Source: an uncultured Chryseobacterium sp. (lineage in GTDB: Bacteria > Bacteroidota > Bacteroidia > Flavobacteriales_F > PHOS-HE28). Taken from it: 64,000 nt of DNA. The notes under the pieces were generated by a model, which searched no databases, was not told the DNA's origin, and was given only the letters and a program-made list of their open reading frames with translations. The stretch is from positions 887-64,886 of the forward strand of contig CAYZBO010000003.1 in the NCBI GenBank assembly GCA_964476665.1. Reading direction: 5' to 3'. Position 1 is the stretch's first letter. Every line of letters begins with the position of its first letter. Below are positions 18,009 to 28,486 of the stretch, piece by piece. The translations under genes and the position numbers were made by a program.

Positions 18009-18800
18009 TCAGCGTTTCAGCTCAGCAGGAATGAGGCACACGGGGATCGGATCCATCTTGTGCCGGTTGGCAGCGCGTCGTTTGTCGAAGATGGAAAGCA
18101 CATGTTGCTGGCGCTCGCTGAGGCCTTCGGTGCTGCCCCCGTTGTCGCGCAGGTCCATGGCCCATTCCAGCTCGGGATAGCTTGCGCCGATCTGGTCCTC
18201 ATCGGTGCGGCTGTCGCCGAAGAGCCCATCGGTGGGTGCAGCGTCGAGGATGCTCTGCACGATGCCCAGTTCCCGTGCCACGGCACACACCTCGCTCTTG
18301 GTGAGGTCCGCGATGGGGGAGAGGTCCACGCCGCCATCGCCGTACTTGGTGAAGAAGCCCACGCCGAAGTCCTCGATCTTGTTGCCGGTGCCCGCCACCA
18401 GGTAGCCATGCACCCCGGCCAGGTAGTAGAGGGTGGTCATGCGCAGGCGGGCGCGTGTGTTGGCCAGCGCGAGTTGATGGGTGGCCTCGTTGGCACTGTC
18501 GGGCAGCGCACGTTCCAAGGTGTCGAAGGTGGGTGTGAGGTCGATGCGTTCGAGGACCACATTGCCATGTGACCCCTGGAGTCGAGCCACATGTTCAAGC
18601 GCACGGGTCACGTGGCTCCTGGCCTGGTGGATGGGCATTTCCACGCACAGGGTGTGCAGGCCGGTACGTGCACAAAGGGCGCTGGTGACCGCGCTGTCTA
18701 TGCCACCACTGACCCCCACCACGAAGCCGCGCTGGCGGTTGGTGGTGCAATAGTCCTTCAGCCAGTTGGTGATGTGGTCGATGACCGCTGCTGTCCTCAT
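18009..18800 (-). CDS. nadE: NH3-dependent NAD+ synthetase
   Basis: SGGIDS PP-loop motif (GVSGGIDSAVTSAL) and NadE core. Start at MRTAAVIDHI (ATG at 18800). Confidence 0.9.
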   Translation of the reverse strand: MRTAAVIDHITNWLKDYCTTNRQRGFVVGVSGGIDSAVTSALCARTGLHTLCVEMPIHQARSHVTRALEHVARLQGSHGNVVLERIDLTPTFDTLERALPDSANEATHQLALANTRARLRMTTLYYLAGVHGYLVAGTGNKIEDFGVGFFTKYGDGGVDLSPIADLTKSEVCAVARELGIVQSILDAAPTDGLFGDSRTDEDQIGASYPELEWAMDLRDNGGSTEGLSERQQHVLSIFDKRRAANRHKMDPIPVCLIPAELKR

Positions 18801-18866
18801 GGTGTAAAAATGCGAAGCCCCGACCATGTGTTCATGAACGGGGCTTCGTTGGACATGCCGTCCGTG

Positions 18867-19631
18867 TCAGAAGAACATGCCCAGGGTCAGCTCCAGGTAA
18901 TTGTTCAGGATGCGGGCCTTCTTGTCCACACCGGCATCGAAATTGGCGATGTTGGTGAAGCCGTTGTTGTACGTGATCCCGAAGAGCAGGCTGGTATTGC
19001 CGCTGAAGTTGTACTCCGCGCCAGCGCCCACCACGAGACCTGCCCTGAACAGGTTGATGTCATCCTGGATGTTCTCGTTCTCCAGCTCCTCGAACTTCTC
19101 CACCAGCGTTGGGGCGTTCTGGAAGTATACCGGAGTTACCATGTCGGCCTTTGCCCGGATATTGAATCCGGCACTGAACCCCACCTGGGCGAAGTAGCGC
19201 ATGTATCCGATCTCATTGGTCATCAGCTTGACGGTCAACGGGAGTTCGATGTACTGTAACTTGTACGTCGTTTCCAGTTCGCGGAGCAGCGTGTTCGTCT
19301 GCCCCGGCTCCGAGAAATAGCTGAAGTCCGAGGAAGTCTTGCCGCCTGTCTGGTTCAGGCTCAGGCCGGTCGCGAAGCGGTAGTTGCCGGTGCTCCCGAT
19401 CGGGAATTCGGCCATCAGCCCGAAGGTATAACCAAAGGTGTTGCCGGAGGCCTTGATGCCCTTGGTCTCTGAGCGCAGCATGGACAGGTTGGGGCTCAGC
19501 TTCAGTCCAAAGCGAACACCCACATCGTCCTGTGCGAGGAGCGACGGTGCGGTGAAAAGAGCAGTGGCCATCATCACAAGTACCGTTCCCACGGTACGGT
19601 GCAGCGGGGTCTTCATAGTTTTGGGGCTCAT
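18867..19631 (-). CDS. outer-membrane beta-barrel protein (porin-family/OmpA-like barrel)
   Basis: Signal peptide MKTPLHRTVGTVLVMMATALFTAPSLLAQ, alternating amphipathic strands and a C-terminal aromatic residue (...TLGMFF). The 573-aa track ORF is an artefactual upstream extension antisense to gldB. Confidence 0.65.
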   Translation of the reverse strand: MSPKTMKTPLHRTVGTVLVMMATALFTAPSLLAQDDVGVRFGLKLSPNLSMLRSETKGIKASGNTFGYTFGLMAEFPIGSTGNYRFATGLSLNQTGGKTSSDFSYFSEPGQTNTLLRELETTYKLQYIELPLTVKLMTNEIGYMRYFAQVGFSAGFNIRAKADMVTPVYFQNAPTLVEKFEELENENIQDDINLFRAGLVVGAGAEYNFSGNTSLLFGITYNNGFTNIANFDAGVDKKARILNNYLELTLGMFF

Positions 19632-19655
19632 TTTCGAACGCTCAAAGGTAAGCTG

Positions 19656-20675
19656 TTGAACACACGCGCTTCGTTCCTCTCCCTGGGTGCTCTGGTTTTG
19701 CTGTGGACGTCGTGCACACGCAGCGGTCACACCACCATCGATGCGGGCGACGTGCAACTGCATCTGCCCATCGAACGGCTGGATAAGGCGCTGTTCCATG
19801 CCGATACGGCCCGGTTCCAGCATGCCTTGCACAAAGCGCATGCCGCAACGGGCACGTTCTTCCGCCTTTACGTGGAGCATATCCTGCAAGGCCCTCCGCT
19901 GGAGGATCCGATGATGCCCCTCATGCTCCGCGCCTTCGTGGAGGATCCTGATTGGCGAAGTGTGCAACATGCCGCAGACAGTGTGCTGGGGGACCTGGTG
20001 CAGGAGCAACGGGCCTTCGAGGAAGCCTTTGCGCGGCTGAAGGTGGTCTTCCCGGACAGCATCACCCCGCGGCTGATCGCTTTCAACTCGGGCTTCAACT
20101 ACGGGCTTTTTCCCACGGACAGTGTGCTCGGTTTCGGAGTGGAATGGTTCGTGGGGAGTACGCATCCCGTGGTGGCCCGTCTCGCGCCTGAAGCCTTTCC
20201 ACAGTTCATGAAGCAACGCATGGTGCCCGCCATGCTGGTACCCAGCGCAGTGAAGGGGTGGCTGTTGGTGCATTATGCGCAACCCACGGGCGGCATGGAC
20301 CTGTTGACCAACCTGGTGGAGACCGGCAAGGTGATGGCCCTGCTCGATGCGTTGCTGCCTGACACCGAGCCTTATCTGAAGTTCGCCTTCACCCCCGAGC
20401 AGCTCGCCTGGTGCGAAGCCAACGAAGCGCTGGTCTGGCGCGAACTGGCCGGACGCGAGCTGCTCTTCAGCAAGAAGGCCGATGACATCGGGCGCATCAT
20501 GAACGATGGTCCGTTCACCAACGGCTTTCCGCGTGAAAGCCCCGGTCACATCGGTGAGTGGATCGGCTACCGCATGGTGATCAACCACCTGGAGGCGAAC
20601 CCAGGCACCACCTTTGCCGAACTGTTCAGCATCCGCGACCCCAATACCATCCTGAAAAGCTACCGTCCGCGGTGA
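19656..20675 (+). CDS. gldB: gliding motility lipoprotein GldB
   Basis: Similarity to Flavobacterium GldB (...NGFPRESPGHIGEWIGYRMV...). Lipoprotein signal LLWTSC with a probable TTG start at 19656. The nadE-gldB-gldC arrangement matches F. johnsoniae. Confidence 0.75.
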   Translation: MNTRASFLSLGALVLLWTSCTRSGHTTIDAGDVQLHLPIERLDKALFHADTARFQHALHKAHAATGTFFRLYVEHILQGPPLEDPMMPLMLRAFVEDPDWRSVQHAADSVLGDLVQEQRAFEEAFARLKVVFPDSITPRLIAFNSGFNYGLFPTDSVLGFGVEWFVGSTHPVVARLAPEAFPQFMKQRMVPAMLVPSAVKGWLLVHYAQPTGGMDLLTNLVETGKVMALLDALLPDTEPYLKFAFTPEQLAWCEANEALVWRELAGRELLFSKKADDIGRIMNDGPFTNGFPRESPGHIGEWIGYRMVINHLEANPGTTFAELFSIRDPNTILKSYRPR

Positions 20676-20701
20676 ACCCGGGCACCTGAACCGACCACCC
20701 C

Positions 20702-21031
20702 ATGAAGACCTCCGAGATCAAGTTGAGCGTGCAGTTGGATGAGAACAAGGTGCCCGAGCGCATCGATTGGGAGGCGGAGGATGGTGCCACGCGCAGCACC
20801 AGCAAGGCCGTGCTGTTGTCGCTTTGGGACGAGCAGGAACGCAACACGCTGCGCATCGATCTGTGGACGAAGGAGATGACCGTGGAAGAGATGAAGGCCT
20901 TCTTCCACCAGAACATCCTCACCATGGCCGATACGTTCGAGCGAGCCACGGGCGAGGGCAAGATGGCGGCACAGATGCGTGACTTCGCGAGCTACTTCGC
21001 GGAGCACATGCTGCCGGAGTTGAAGAAGTGA
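20702..21031 (+). CDS. gldC: gliding motility protein GldC
   Basis: 109-aa protein directly downstream of gldB, with the size and conserved pattern of GldC. Confidence 0.7.
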   Translation: MKTSEIKLSVQLDENKVPERIDWEAEDGATRSTSKAVLLSLWDEQERNTLRIDLWTKEMTVEEMKAFFHQNILTMADTFERATGEGKMAAQMRDFASYFAEHMLPELKK

Positions 21032-21149
21032 GCGCATCATGCGCTAATGGCCTGACGCTGCCGGCCACTCGTTCTTAAGCGAGAACGATCGGTGGTCGGG
21101 GACGGATGGCCGACAGCCTGCAGCCAATGGTTGGAGGCCACCAGCATGC

Positions 21150-21770
21150 TCAATCGCTCCAACCCTGGTTCACCTCTTCAATGAACTGAAGCAGCTCGTC
21201 ACGGCCTTTTGAGGTCTCCGAACTGGTGATGAAGACGGGTGGCAGCTCCTCCCACGTCTCTTTCAGTTTGCGCTTGAACTGGGCCACATTGCTATCCACC
21301 TTCGGGCCCTTCAGCTTGTCGCTCTTGGTGAACACGATGCTGAAGGGAATGCCGTTCTCGCCCAACCACTGCACCATGTCGAGGTCGTTCTGCTGGGGCT
21401 CCAGGCGTGAGTCGACAAGGAGGAACACGTTCTGCAGGCTTTCCCGCTCCTTCAGGTAGGTCTGGATCATCTTCTCCCACACGGCGCGTTCGGCCTTGCT
21501 GGCCTTGGCAAAACCGTAGCCTGGCAGGTCTGCCAGCATCCACGGGCGTTTGCTGGTGAGGGTACCCTCCACCCGGAAGTGCTCCACGTTGCGGGTGCGG
21601 CCGGGTGTATTGCTCACGCGTGCCAGCTTGTTGATGTGGCAGAGCATGTTGATCAGCGAGCTCTTGCCCACGTTGCTGCGGCCGATGAAGGCGTACTCCG
21701 GCAGGTTGGGCGCTGGCCAGTCCTTTGCGGTGCGTCCGCTGGTCAGGTGCTGTGCGAGGAGCGCTTTCAT
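21150..21770 (-). CDS. engB: ribosome biogenesis GTP-binding protein YihA/YsxC
   Basis: G1 box GRSNVGKSS, G3 DLPGYG and G4 TKSDK. Confidence 0.85.
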   Translation of the reverse strand: MKALLAQHLTSGRTAKDWPAPNLPEYAFIGRSNVGKSSLINMLCHINKLARVSNTPGRTRNVEHFRVEGTLTSKRPWMLADLPGYGFAKASKAERAVWEKMIQTYLKERESLQNVFLLVDSRLEPQQNDLDMVQWLGENGIPFSIVFTKSDKLKGPKVDSNVAQFKRKLKETWEELPPVFITSSETSKGRDELLQFIEEVNQGWSD

Positions 21771-21866
21771 GGGGGGCGAGTAGTGCGTGGTGATCGGCGA
21801 GCGAATTGCTGCCTCCGAAATGTCGATCAGCTGGCATTCACTCGCCGATCACTGCATCATGCATCA

Positions 21867-22634
21867 TCAGCCCAAGGTCTTCCCGAGCCATTTGTCCGCG
21901 ATGGCATTGAATTCGTCGGGATGTTCCATCATGGCGGCGTGCCCACAGTTGTCGATCCAGAACAGCTCACTGTGCGGGATGAGGCTATGGAACTCTTCGG
22001 CCACATGGGGTGGGGTGATTGTATCCTGCCGGCCCCAGATAAGGCATACGGGCATCTTCAGGTTCGGCAGGTCCTTGGCCATGTTGTGGCGGATGGCGCT
22101 CTTGGCGAGGGAGAGTATGCGGATGAGCTTGGCCTTGTCGTTCACCGTTACGTAGCATTCCTCCACCAGGTCGTCCGTGGCATGCCTGGGGTCGTGGAAG
22201 GTGAGGGCGATCTTCTTGCGCAGGTATTCCTTGTCCTCGCGGCGGGGGAAGCTGCCACCGAAAGCGTTCTCATACAGTCCACTGCTGCCGGTGAGGGTGA
22301 GCGTGCGCACGGTGGCCGCGTGCTTGGTGCAATAGACCAATGCCACATGCCCACCGAGGGAATTGCCCAACAGGTTCACTTCGTGCAATCCCTTGTGTTT
22401 GATGAAACGGTCCAGGAAGTCGGCCAGTGCCGGCACGTTGGTGTTCAACATGGGCAGGGTATACAGCGGCAACATCGGCATCAGCACCCGGTAACGACCA
22501 CCGAAGTGCCTGATGGGTCCTTCGAAGTTGCTCAGTGCGCCGAACAGGCCGTGCAGGAAGATCAGGGGAGGGCCTTCCCCCACATCGATGTAGGTGAATT
22601 CGCCCTCGCGCTTCAGGTGTGCTTCGTTCGCCAT
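21867..22634 (-). CDS. alpha/beta-fold hydrolase
   Basis: Nucleophile elbow GNSLGG and a HGLFG oxyanion-hole region. Start at MANEAHLK (ATG at 22634); the track ORF is extended upstream. Confidence 0.8.
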   Translation of the reverse strand: MANEAHLKREGEFTYIDVGEGPPLIFLHGLFGALSNFEGPIRHFGGRYRVLMPMLPLYTLPMLNTNVPALADFLDRFIKHKGLHEVNLLGNSLGGHVALVYCTKHAATVRTLTLTGSSGLYENAFGGSFPRREDKEYLRKKIALTFHDPRHATDDLVEECYVTVNDKAKLIRILSLAKSAIRHNMAKDLPNLKMPVCLIWGRQDTITPPHVAEEFHSLIPHSELFWIDNCGHAAMMEHPDEFNAIADKWLGKTLG

Positions 22635-23151
22635 GCGTTCCGACCAAAGGTAGAAGCTGTGCCGGATGGTGTTCCTCCCATACCGGCATGTTAGCCGCAG
22701 CGCACTGTGCATAACGCGGATGTGGACCGTTGCGGCGGATGTGGCCGGTCCGGGCGGCCGCCAAGTGGTGAGCGCCCTCACCACCCGGATGATGCAGGTG
22801 GGGACGGTGCCCCCCCCATTTCCCCACCAAGCCCCACCACAGGCTTGCACACATCGCTCTGTTGATCATTAAGTCCTTGAGGGACAGGCGATGGAAGAGG
22901 GGCTTGGATCTTTGGCGGATCGTTCATGAAGGGTGCTTACCGGGTGGGCGTGGGTGGTCGGTGTGTTCATAAGCCTCCCACTTCCTCCCACCTCCAAATG
23001 CCCCGATTTTCAAGCCTGTTGCGGAGGTGTGACAACTTTTACACACCTTCGCCGTTGAAGATTTATCAACAAAGGGGCAAAAACGGGGGAGATCGTGGGA
23101 ATAAGTGGGTGACCTGACCTACTTTCGCGACCATTCCGGCCTGCATGCACC

Positions 23152-23616
23152 ATGCTGAACCTGCTCGGGGAGTACCCATCCACCTTGGACGCCAAGAGCC
23201 GTGTGCTCTTGCCTGCCGCGCTGAAGAAGCAGCTCGGTGGGGAGGAGTCCAAGGGGTTCGTGGTGAACCGCGACGTGTTCAGCGAGTGCCTCGTGCTCTA
23301 TCCCATGGAGGAGTGGAACAGGACGAGCGCCGAAGTGCGCCGCCTCAACCGCTTCGATCCGGAGAACGTGGAGTTCATTCGGCGCTTCCTCAATGGAGCC
23401 ACGCCGCTCGAGCTCGACGCCAACGGACGGCTGCTCATTCCCAAGTCACTGATGGTCCATGCTCGCCTCGAGAAGGACATCGTGTTCACGGGCATGGGCG
23501 ATCGCATCGAGATCTGGAGCGAGGCGCTTCACAAGGATGCATTGGGCGGGAACGTGGACTTCAAGTCACTGGCTGCGAAAGTGATGGGCGGGAAGCCTAA
23601 AGCCAATGATCAATGA
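23152..23616 (+). CDS. mraZ: division/cell wall cluster transcriptional regulator MraZ
   Basis: 154 aa with the duplicated SpoVT/AbrB-like halves typical of MraZ. First gene of the dcw cluster. Confidence 0.9.
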   Translation: MLNLLGEYPSTLDAKSRVLLPAALKKQLGGEESKGFVVNRDVFSECLVLYPMEEWNRTSAEVRRLNRFDPENVEFIRRFLNGATPLELDANGRLLIPKSLMVHARLEKDIVFTGMGDRIEIWSEALHKDALGGNVDFKSLAAKVMGGKPKANDQ

Positions 23617-24511
23617 GTATCACGACCCCGTTCTTTTACAAGCCTGTCTTGACGGATTGAACATCCGCCCCGATGGCGTTTATGTGGACGCCACCTTCGG
23701 CGGCGGGGGCCACAGCAGGGCCATCCTCCAACGCCTCGGTCCCCGCGGCCGCCTGATCGCCTTCGACCGCGATCGCGACGCCTGGGCCAACGCCATCGAT
23801 GACGACCGTTTCACCTTGGTGCGCTCCGACTTCCGCTGGATGCGCAACCACCTGCGCTTCCTGCATGCGCTGCCGGTGAACGGCCTGCTCGCCGACCTGG
23901 GGGTCAGCAGCCATCAGTTCGACACCGGTGCCCGCGGGTTCAGCTTCCGCTTCGATGGTCCGCTCGATATGCGCATGGACCACCGCGCCAAACGCACGGC
24001 ATCACAGCTGCTGCGCGATCTGGACGAAGCGGCGCTCACCCACCTGCTCCGCACCTACGGCGAAGTGGACGGTGCGCACCGCGTGGCGCGTCAACTGGTG
24101 AAGGCCAACGCGCAGACGCGCATCGGGACCACCCTGCAGCTCGTGGACGCTCTGAAGCCCGTGACCCCACGCGCCAAGGAGAGCACCTTTCTCGCCCAGG
24201 TCTTCCAAGCCCTGCGCATCGCAGTGAACGATGAACTCGGCTCGCTTGAAGCCTTGCTGAAGCAGAGCGCGGAGGTGATCGCACCTGGTGGCATGCTGGT
24301 GATCATGAGCTACCACAGCCTCGAGGACCGCCTGGTGAAGAACTGGATGCGCAGCGGTGACCTCGGTGGTGTGGAGACCAAGGACCTCTACGGCAACCGC
24401 ACGCGACCGTTCAATCCGACAAGCAACAAGGCGATCCAACCAACGGACGAAGAGATCACCATCAACCCCCGGGCCCGCAGTGCCCGGCTCAGAATCGCAG
24501 AACGCACGTGA
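23606..24511 (+). CDS. rsmH: 16S rRNA (cytosine1402-N4)-methyltransferase
   Basis: DATFGGGGHS SAM motif. Overlaps the mraZ end. Confidence 0.9.
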   Translation: MINEYHDPVLLQACLDGLNIRPDGVYVDATFGGGGHSRAILQRLGPRGRLIAFDRDRDAWANAIDDDRFTLVRSDFRWMRNHLRFLHALPVNGLLADLGVSSHQFDTGARGFSFRFDGPLDMRMDHRAKRTASQLLRDLDEAALTHLLRTYGEVDGAHRVARQLVKANAQTRIGTTLQLVDALKPVTPRAKESTFLAQVFQALRIAVNDELGSLEALLKQSAEVIAPGGMLVIMSYHSLEDRLVKNWMRSGDLGGVETKDLYGNRTRPFNPTSNKAIQPTDEEITINPRARSARLRIAERT

Positions 24512-24921
24512 ACAAGTTGCGCGAACAGAAGGAAGAGACCACCGCGAAGCCCTCCAAGGCCGGGCAAAGGGGGGGTGCGCGCCTGCCCGGTGGCTTCATC
24601 AGCGTGCTCAATGGCACGTTCCTCACGCGCGAACGAGTGCTCGGCAACATGCCATTCATCCTCTTCTGTGCCGCGGTGATGATCGTCTACATCGCCTATG
24701 GCTATCACACCGAGCGCGTTGTGCGCGACCTCGATCGCAGTGGTGCCGAACTGAAGGAACTGCGCTCGGAGTACATCACCGTGCGTGCCCAGCTGGAAAA
24801 GCGCGAGCAGCAGAGCCAGGTCGCCGCTGGCATCGGTGCGCTTGGTCTGCGCGAAAGCCGTGTGCCGCCAGTGAAGGTGGAGGTGAGCGAACGTGAACTC
24901 AACAAGACCCGCACACCCTGA
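24508..24921 (+). CDS. ftsL: cell division protein FtsL-like
   Basis: Small bitopic protein with one TM helix (FILFCAAVMIVYIAYGY) followed by a coiled-coil region. Position between rsmH and ftsI, with a GTGA overlap onto the rsmH stop. Confidence 0.6.
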   Translation: MNKLREQKEETTAKPSKAGQRGGARLPGGFISVLNGTFLTRERVLGNMPFILFCAAVMIVYIAYGYHTERVVRDLDRSGAELKELRSEYITVRAQLEKREQQSQVAAGIGALGLRESRVPPVKVEVSERELNKTRTP

Positions 24922-27026
24922 TGGACACCAAGCAGCTGCGGGCCCGGGCGAACATCATCTACCTGTTGATGGTGGTGTTCGCGGGTGCCATCGCGGTGAA
25001 GCTCTTCACCATCCAACTGCTGGAGGGTGACAAGTGGCGCGCCAAAGCGGAACAGGTGAGCACCACCTACCGCACCGTGCAGCCCGATCGCGGGCACATC
25101 TACAGTGAGGATGGGCGCCTGCTGGCCACCAGTGTTCCCGAATACGATGTGCGCATGGACATGGCGGCCGATGCGCTCACCGATGAGCTGTTCAACGCCC
25201 ACGTGGATTCGCTGGCCTGGCACCTGGCGCAGCTTTTCGGCGATCGCACCGCTGCTGATTACGAACGTGATCTGCGGCAGGCTCGTGCACGGCGCGAACG
25301 CTACCACCTGGTGAAGCGCAAGGCCGATCACACGCAGGTGCAACAGTTGCGCACCTTTCCGCTCTTCCGCCTGGGTCGTTACAAGAGCGGTCTGGTCACT
25401 GAGAAGCGCACGGTGCGTGTGCGCCCGTTCGGCCGTTTGGCGGCCCGTACCGTGGGCTATGTGCTGCGCGACAGCAACATGGTGGGGTTGGAGGCTGGTT
25501 ACGACAAGTGGTTGAAGGGTACCACCGGCCGCCGGTTGGAGCGCCGCCTGGCGGGTGGTGTGTGGATGCCCATTGATGATGGCGAGGGCGTGGATCCTGT
25601 TCCGGGAACCGACATCCATGCCACCATCGACATCAACCTGCAGGACGTTGCCGATGCGGCCCTCGAACGGCAGTTGCGGAAGCATGGTGCTCAGTACGGC
25701 TGTGTGGTGGTGATGGAGGTGGCCACCGGCAAGATCAAGGCCATCAGCAATCTCATGAAGAGCAGTGACAGCACCTACACCGAAGGGCTGAACCACGCCA
25801 TCGCCGAAGCCACCGAGCCGGGCTCCACCTTCAAGCTCGCATCGCTCCTCGTGGGCATCGAGGATGGACTGATCGACCCGTTGGACACGGTGAACACGAA
25901 CGGTGGCAAGGTGAAGTTCCGCGACCGCTGGATGCACGACTCACATGAAGGTGGCTACGGCCGCATCACGGTGGAGCGTGCTTTGGAGGTCTCGTCCAAT
26001 ACAGGCATCAGCCTGGCTGTCACCAAGGCCTACGGCGACAAGCCGAAGCAGTTCATTGAAGGCCTGCGCCGCATGGGACTCCACCAGCCTTCGGGGGTGA
26101 TGATACCCGGGGAACCCGTGCCAACGCTGCGTGGACCAGGCGAGAAAGGCTGGAGCGGTGTGAGCCTGCCCTGGATCAGCATCGGATACGAGACGCTGTT
26201 CACTCCGCTCCAGATCCTGACCTTCTACAATGCGGTGGCCAACCAAGGCCGCATGATGCAGCCCTACCTGGTGGAGCGTGTGTCGCGCAATGGCCGTACC
26301 ATGAAGTCCTTTGAGCCGGTCGTGCTCAACGAGCGCATCGCCTCTCCCCGCACTCTGGAGGTGGCACACCGCATGCTCGTGAACGTGGTGGATACCGGCA
26401 CGGCAACGAACCTCAAGGGCGCGCATTTCCGCATTGCGGGCAAGACCGGCACGGCGCAGATCGCACGTCAGGGTGGCTACAAGCAGCACGGGGTGAGCTA
26501 TCAGGCGTCGTTCGCCGGCTACTTCCCCGCCGATGCGCCCAAGTACAGCTGCATCGTGGTGGTGAACGGTCCCACGATGAGCGGCTACTACGGCAATGTG
26601 GTGGCGGGTCCCATCTTCAAGGAGATCGCGGACAAGATCTACAGCAACCGCCTGGAGCTGCAGCAGCCAACGCAACTCGCGGCCGTGGACCAACGTCGCA
26701 TGCCGGTGAGCCTGAGCGGGCACGCCGGTGATCTGCGTGTGGCCTTGGAAGGCCTCGGGCTTCCCGTTCAGGTGCAGGGCGATGCGCAATGGGTGACCAC
26801 ACAGGCCGCGGACAGTGCGGTGGTGCTGGCGCCGCGCGGCATTCCCGAGCCCGGCATGGAGCGCGTGCCCAATGTGCTCGGCATGGGGCTGAAGGACGCG
26901 CTCTTCCTGCTGGAGAACGCTGGTCTGCGGGTGCGCGTAGCCGGCAATGGCATGGTGAAACGACAATCCATCCTGCCCGGCAGTACGGCACGTGCGGGTA
27001 CCACCATCCTCATCGAACTGACATGA
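24921..27026 (+). CDS. ftsI: peptidoglycan D,D-transpeptidase FtsI (PBP3-type class B PBP)
   Basis: N-terminal TM, dimerisation domain and transpeptidase motifs STFK, SSN and KTGT. Confidence 0.9.
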   Translation: MDTKQLRARANIIYLLMVVFAGAIAVKLFTIQLLEGDKWRAKAEQVSTTYRTVQPDRGHIYSEDGRLLATSVPEYDVRMDMAADALTDELFNAHVDSLAWHLAQLFGDRTAADYERDLRQARARRERYHLVKRKADHTQVQQLRTFPLFRLGRYKSGLVTEKRTVRVRPFGRLAARTVGYVLRDSNMVGLEAGYDKWLKGTTGRRLERRLAGGVWMPIDDGEGVDPVPGTDIHATIDINLQDVADAALERQLRKHGAQYGCVVVMEVATGKIKAISNLMKSSDSTYTEGLNHAIAEATEPGSTFKLASLLVGIEDGLIDPLDTVNTNGGKVKFRDRWMHDSHEGGYGRITVERALEVSSNTGISLAVTKAYGDKPKQFIEGLRRMGLHQPSGVMIPGEPVPTLRGPGEKGWSGVSLPWISIGYETLFTPLQILTFYNAVANQGRMMQPYLVERVSRNGRTMKSFEPVVLNERIASPRTLEVAHRMLVNVVDTGTATNLKGAHFRIAGKTGTAQIARQGGYKQHGVSYQASFAGYFPADAPKYSCIVVVNGPTMSGYYGNVVAGPIFKEIADKIYSNRLELQQPTQLAAVDQRRMPVSLSGHAGDLRVALEGLGLPVQVQGDAQWVTTQAADSAVVLAPRGIPEPGMERVPNVLGMGLKDALFLLENAGLRVRVAGNGMVKRQSILPGSTARAGTTILIELT

Positions 27027-28486
27027 AGCTGCTGAAGGACATCCTCTACAAGGTCCGCATCGAGCAGGTGGTGGGTTCGACCAACACGGCGGTGGAGCAT
27101 CTCGCCTTCGACAGCCGCGTGGTCACGGCGTTCACGGCCTTCGTGGCCACGCGCGGAACGCAGGTCGATGGACACGCCTTCATTGACAAGGCCCTGGCAG
27201 CAGGGGCGGTGGCCGTCATCTGCGAAACACTTCCCGCAGAACTCAAGGAGGGCATCACCTACGTGCGCGTTCCCGACGCAGCCGAGGCGTTGGGTCTGAT
27301 GGCGGACAACTTTCACGACCAGCCCTCGCGCAAGTTGAAGCTGGTGGGCATCACCGGCACCAATGGCAAGACCAGCACGGCCACCCTCCTGTTCCGCCTG
27401 TTCCGTGCGCTCGGCTACAAATGCGGTCTTATCAGCACGGTTGAGGTCCGCATCGGTCAGCGCACCATTCCCAGCACGCACACCACGCCCGATGCCGTGC
27501 GCGTGAACGAGCTCCTGGCGGAGATGGTGGCCGAAAAGGTCACGCACTGCTTCATGGAAGTGAGCTCGCACAGCGTGGTGCAGCAGCGCATTGCCGGCTT
27601 GCACTTCGCCGGTGCCGTGTTCACCAACATCACCCACGACCACCTCGACTACCACGGCACGTTCGATGCCTACATCAAGGCCAAGAAGGGCTTCTTCGAT
27701 GTGCTGCCTGCCTCCGCTTTTGCACTGGTGAACGCCGACGATGTACACAGTGGGGTGATGGTGCAGAACACGAAGGCCACCAAGCGCTCCTTCGCGGTGA
27801 AGGGCATGGCCGACCACCGTGCGCGCATCGTGGAGAACCAGCTGACAGGCCTGCACCTGAACATCGACGGGCACGATCTGTACGCCCGGTTGATCGGTGA
27901 GTTCAATGCGAGCAACCTGCTTGCCGTGTATGCCGTGGCCGTGCTCTTGGGCGAACCGGTGATGAACGTGCTCACGGCCCTGAGCGATCTGGAGCCGCCG
28001 CGCGGACGCTTCCAGATCGTGCGCAGTTCCACCGGCATCATTGGCATTGTTGACTATGCGCATACGCCTGATGCGTTGAAGAACGTGCTCAGCACCATCA
28101 ACGAGGTGTGTGGTGAGCATGAGCAGGTGATCACCGTGGTGGGTTGTGGTGGCGACCGTGACCGCGCCAAACGGCCGGTGATGGCGCGCATCGCTGTGGA
28201 GCTGAGCGCACAGGTGGTGCTCACCAGCGACAACCCGCGCAGTGAGGACCCGATGGTCATTCTCAATGAGATGCGCGCGGGCATCGCACCGGGCGATGCG
28301 GCGCGCACCTGGGTGAACCCCGACCGTCGTGAGGCGATCCGACAAGCCGTGGGCATGGCGCGCCCCGGTGATGTGGTGCTGCTTGCAGGTAAAGGGCATG
28401 AGACCTACCAGGAGGTGCAGGGTGTGAAGCACCCCTTTGACGATGTGGCCGTGCTGAAGGAAACCCTTGAACTGCTGCACAAGTAA
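27023..28486 (+). CDS. murE: UDP-N-acetylmuramoyl-L-alanyl-D-glutamate--2,6-diaminopimelate ligase
   Basis: Mur ligase P-loop [11 protein letters not shown] and the DNPR motif ([10 protein letters not shown]) typical of MurE. ATGA overlap with the ftsI stop. Confidence 0.9.
   Translation: MKLLKDILYKVRIEQVVGSTNTAVEHLAFDSRVVTAFTAFVATRGTQVDGHAFIDKALAAGAVAVICETLPAELKEGITYVRVPDAAEALGLMADNFHDQPSRKLKLVGITGTNGKTSTATLLFRLFRALGYKCGLISTVEVRIGQRTIPSTHTTPDAVRVNELLAEMVAEKVTHCFMEVSSHSVVQQRIAGLHFAGAVFTNITHDHLDYHGTFDAYIKAKKGFFDVLPASAFALVNADDVHSGVMVQNTKATKRSFAVKGMADHRARIVENQLTGLHLNIDGHDLYARLIGEFNASNLLAVYAVAVLLGEPVMNVLTALSDLEPPRGRFQIVRSSTGIIGIVDYAHTPDALKNVLSTINEVCGEHEQVITVVGCGGDRDRAKRPVMARIAVELSAQVVLTSDNPRSEDPMVILNEMRAGIAPGDAARTWVNPDRREAIRQAVGMARPGDVVLLAGKGHETYQEVQGVKHPFDDVAVLKETLELLHK

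Noticed and set aside
18867-20588. 573-aa track ORF on the minus strand
   Set aside because: Only the last ~250 codons (from 19631) form a coherent signal-peptide plus beta-barrel protein. The upstream 320 codons are antisense to gldB and compositionally biased.
21032-21090. Short palindromes after the gldC stop (AGCGCATCATGCGCT; CGTTCTTAAGCGAGAACG)
   Set aside because: Stems of only 5-6 bp without a U-tract in the convergent gldC/engB intergenic region. Plausible weak terminators but too marginal to annotate.
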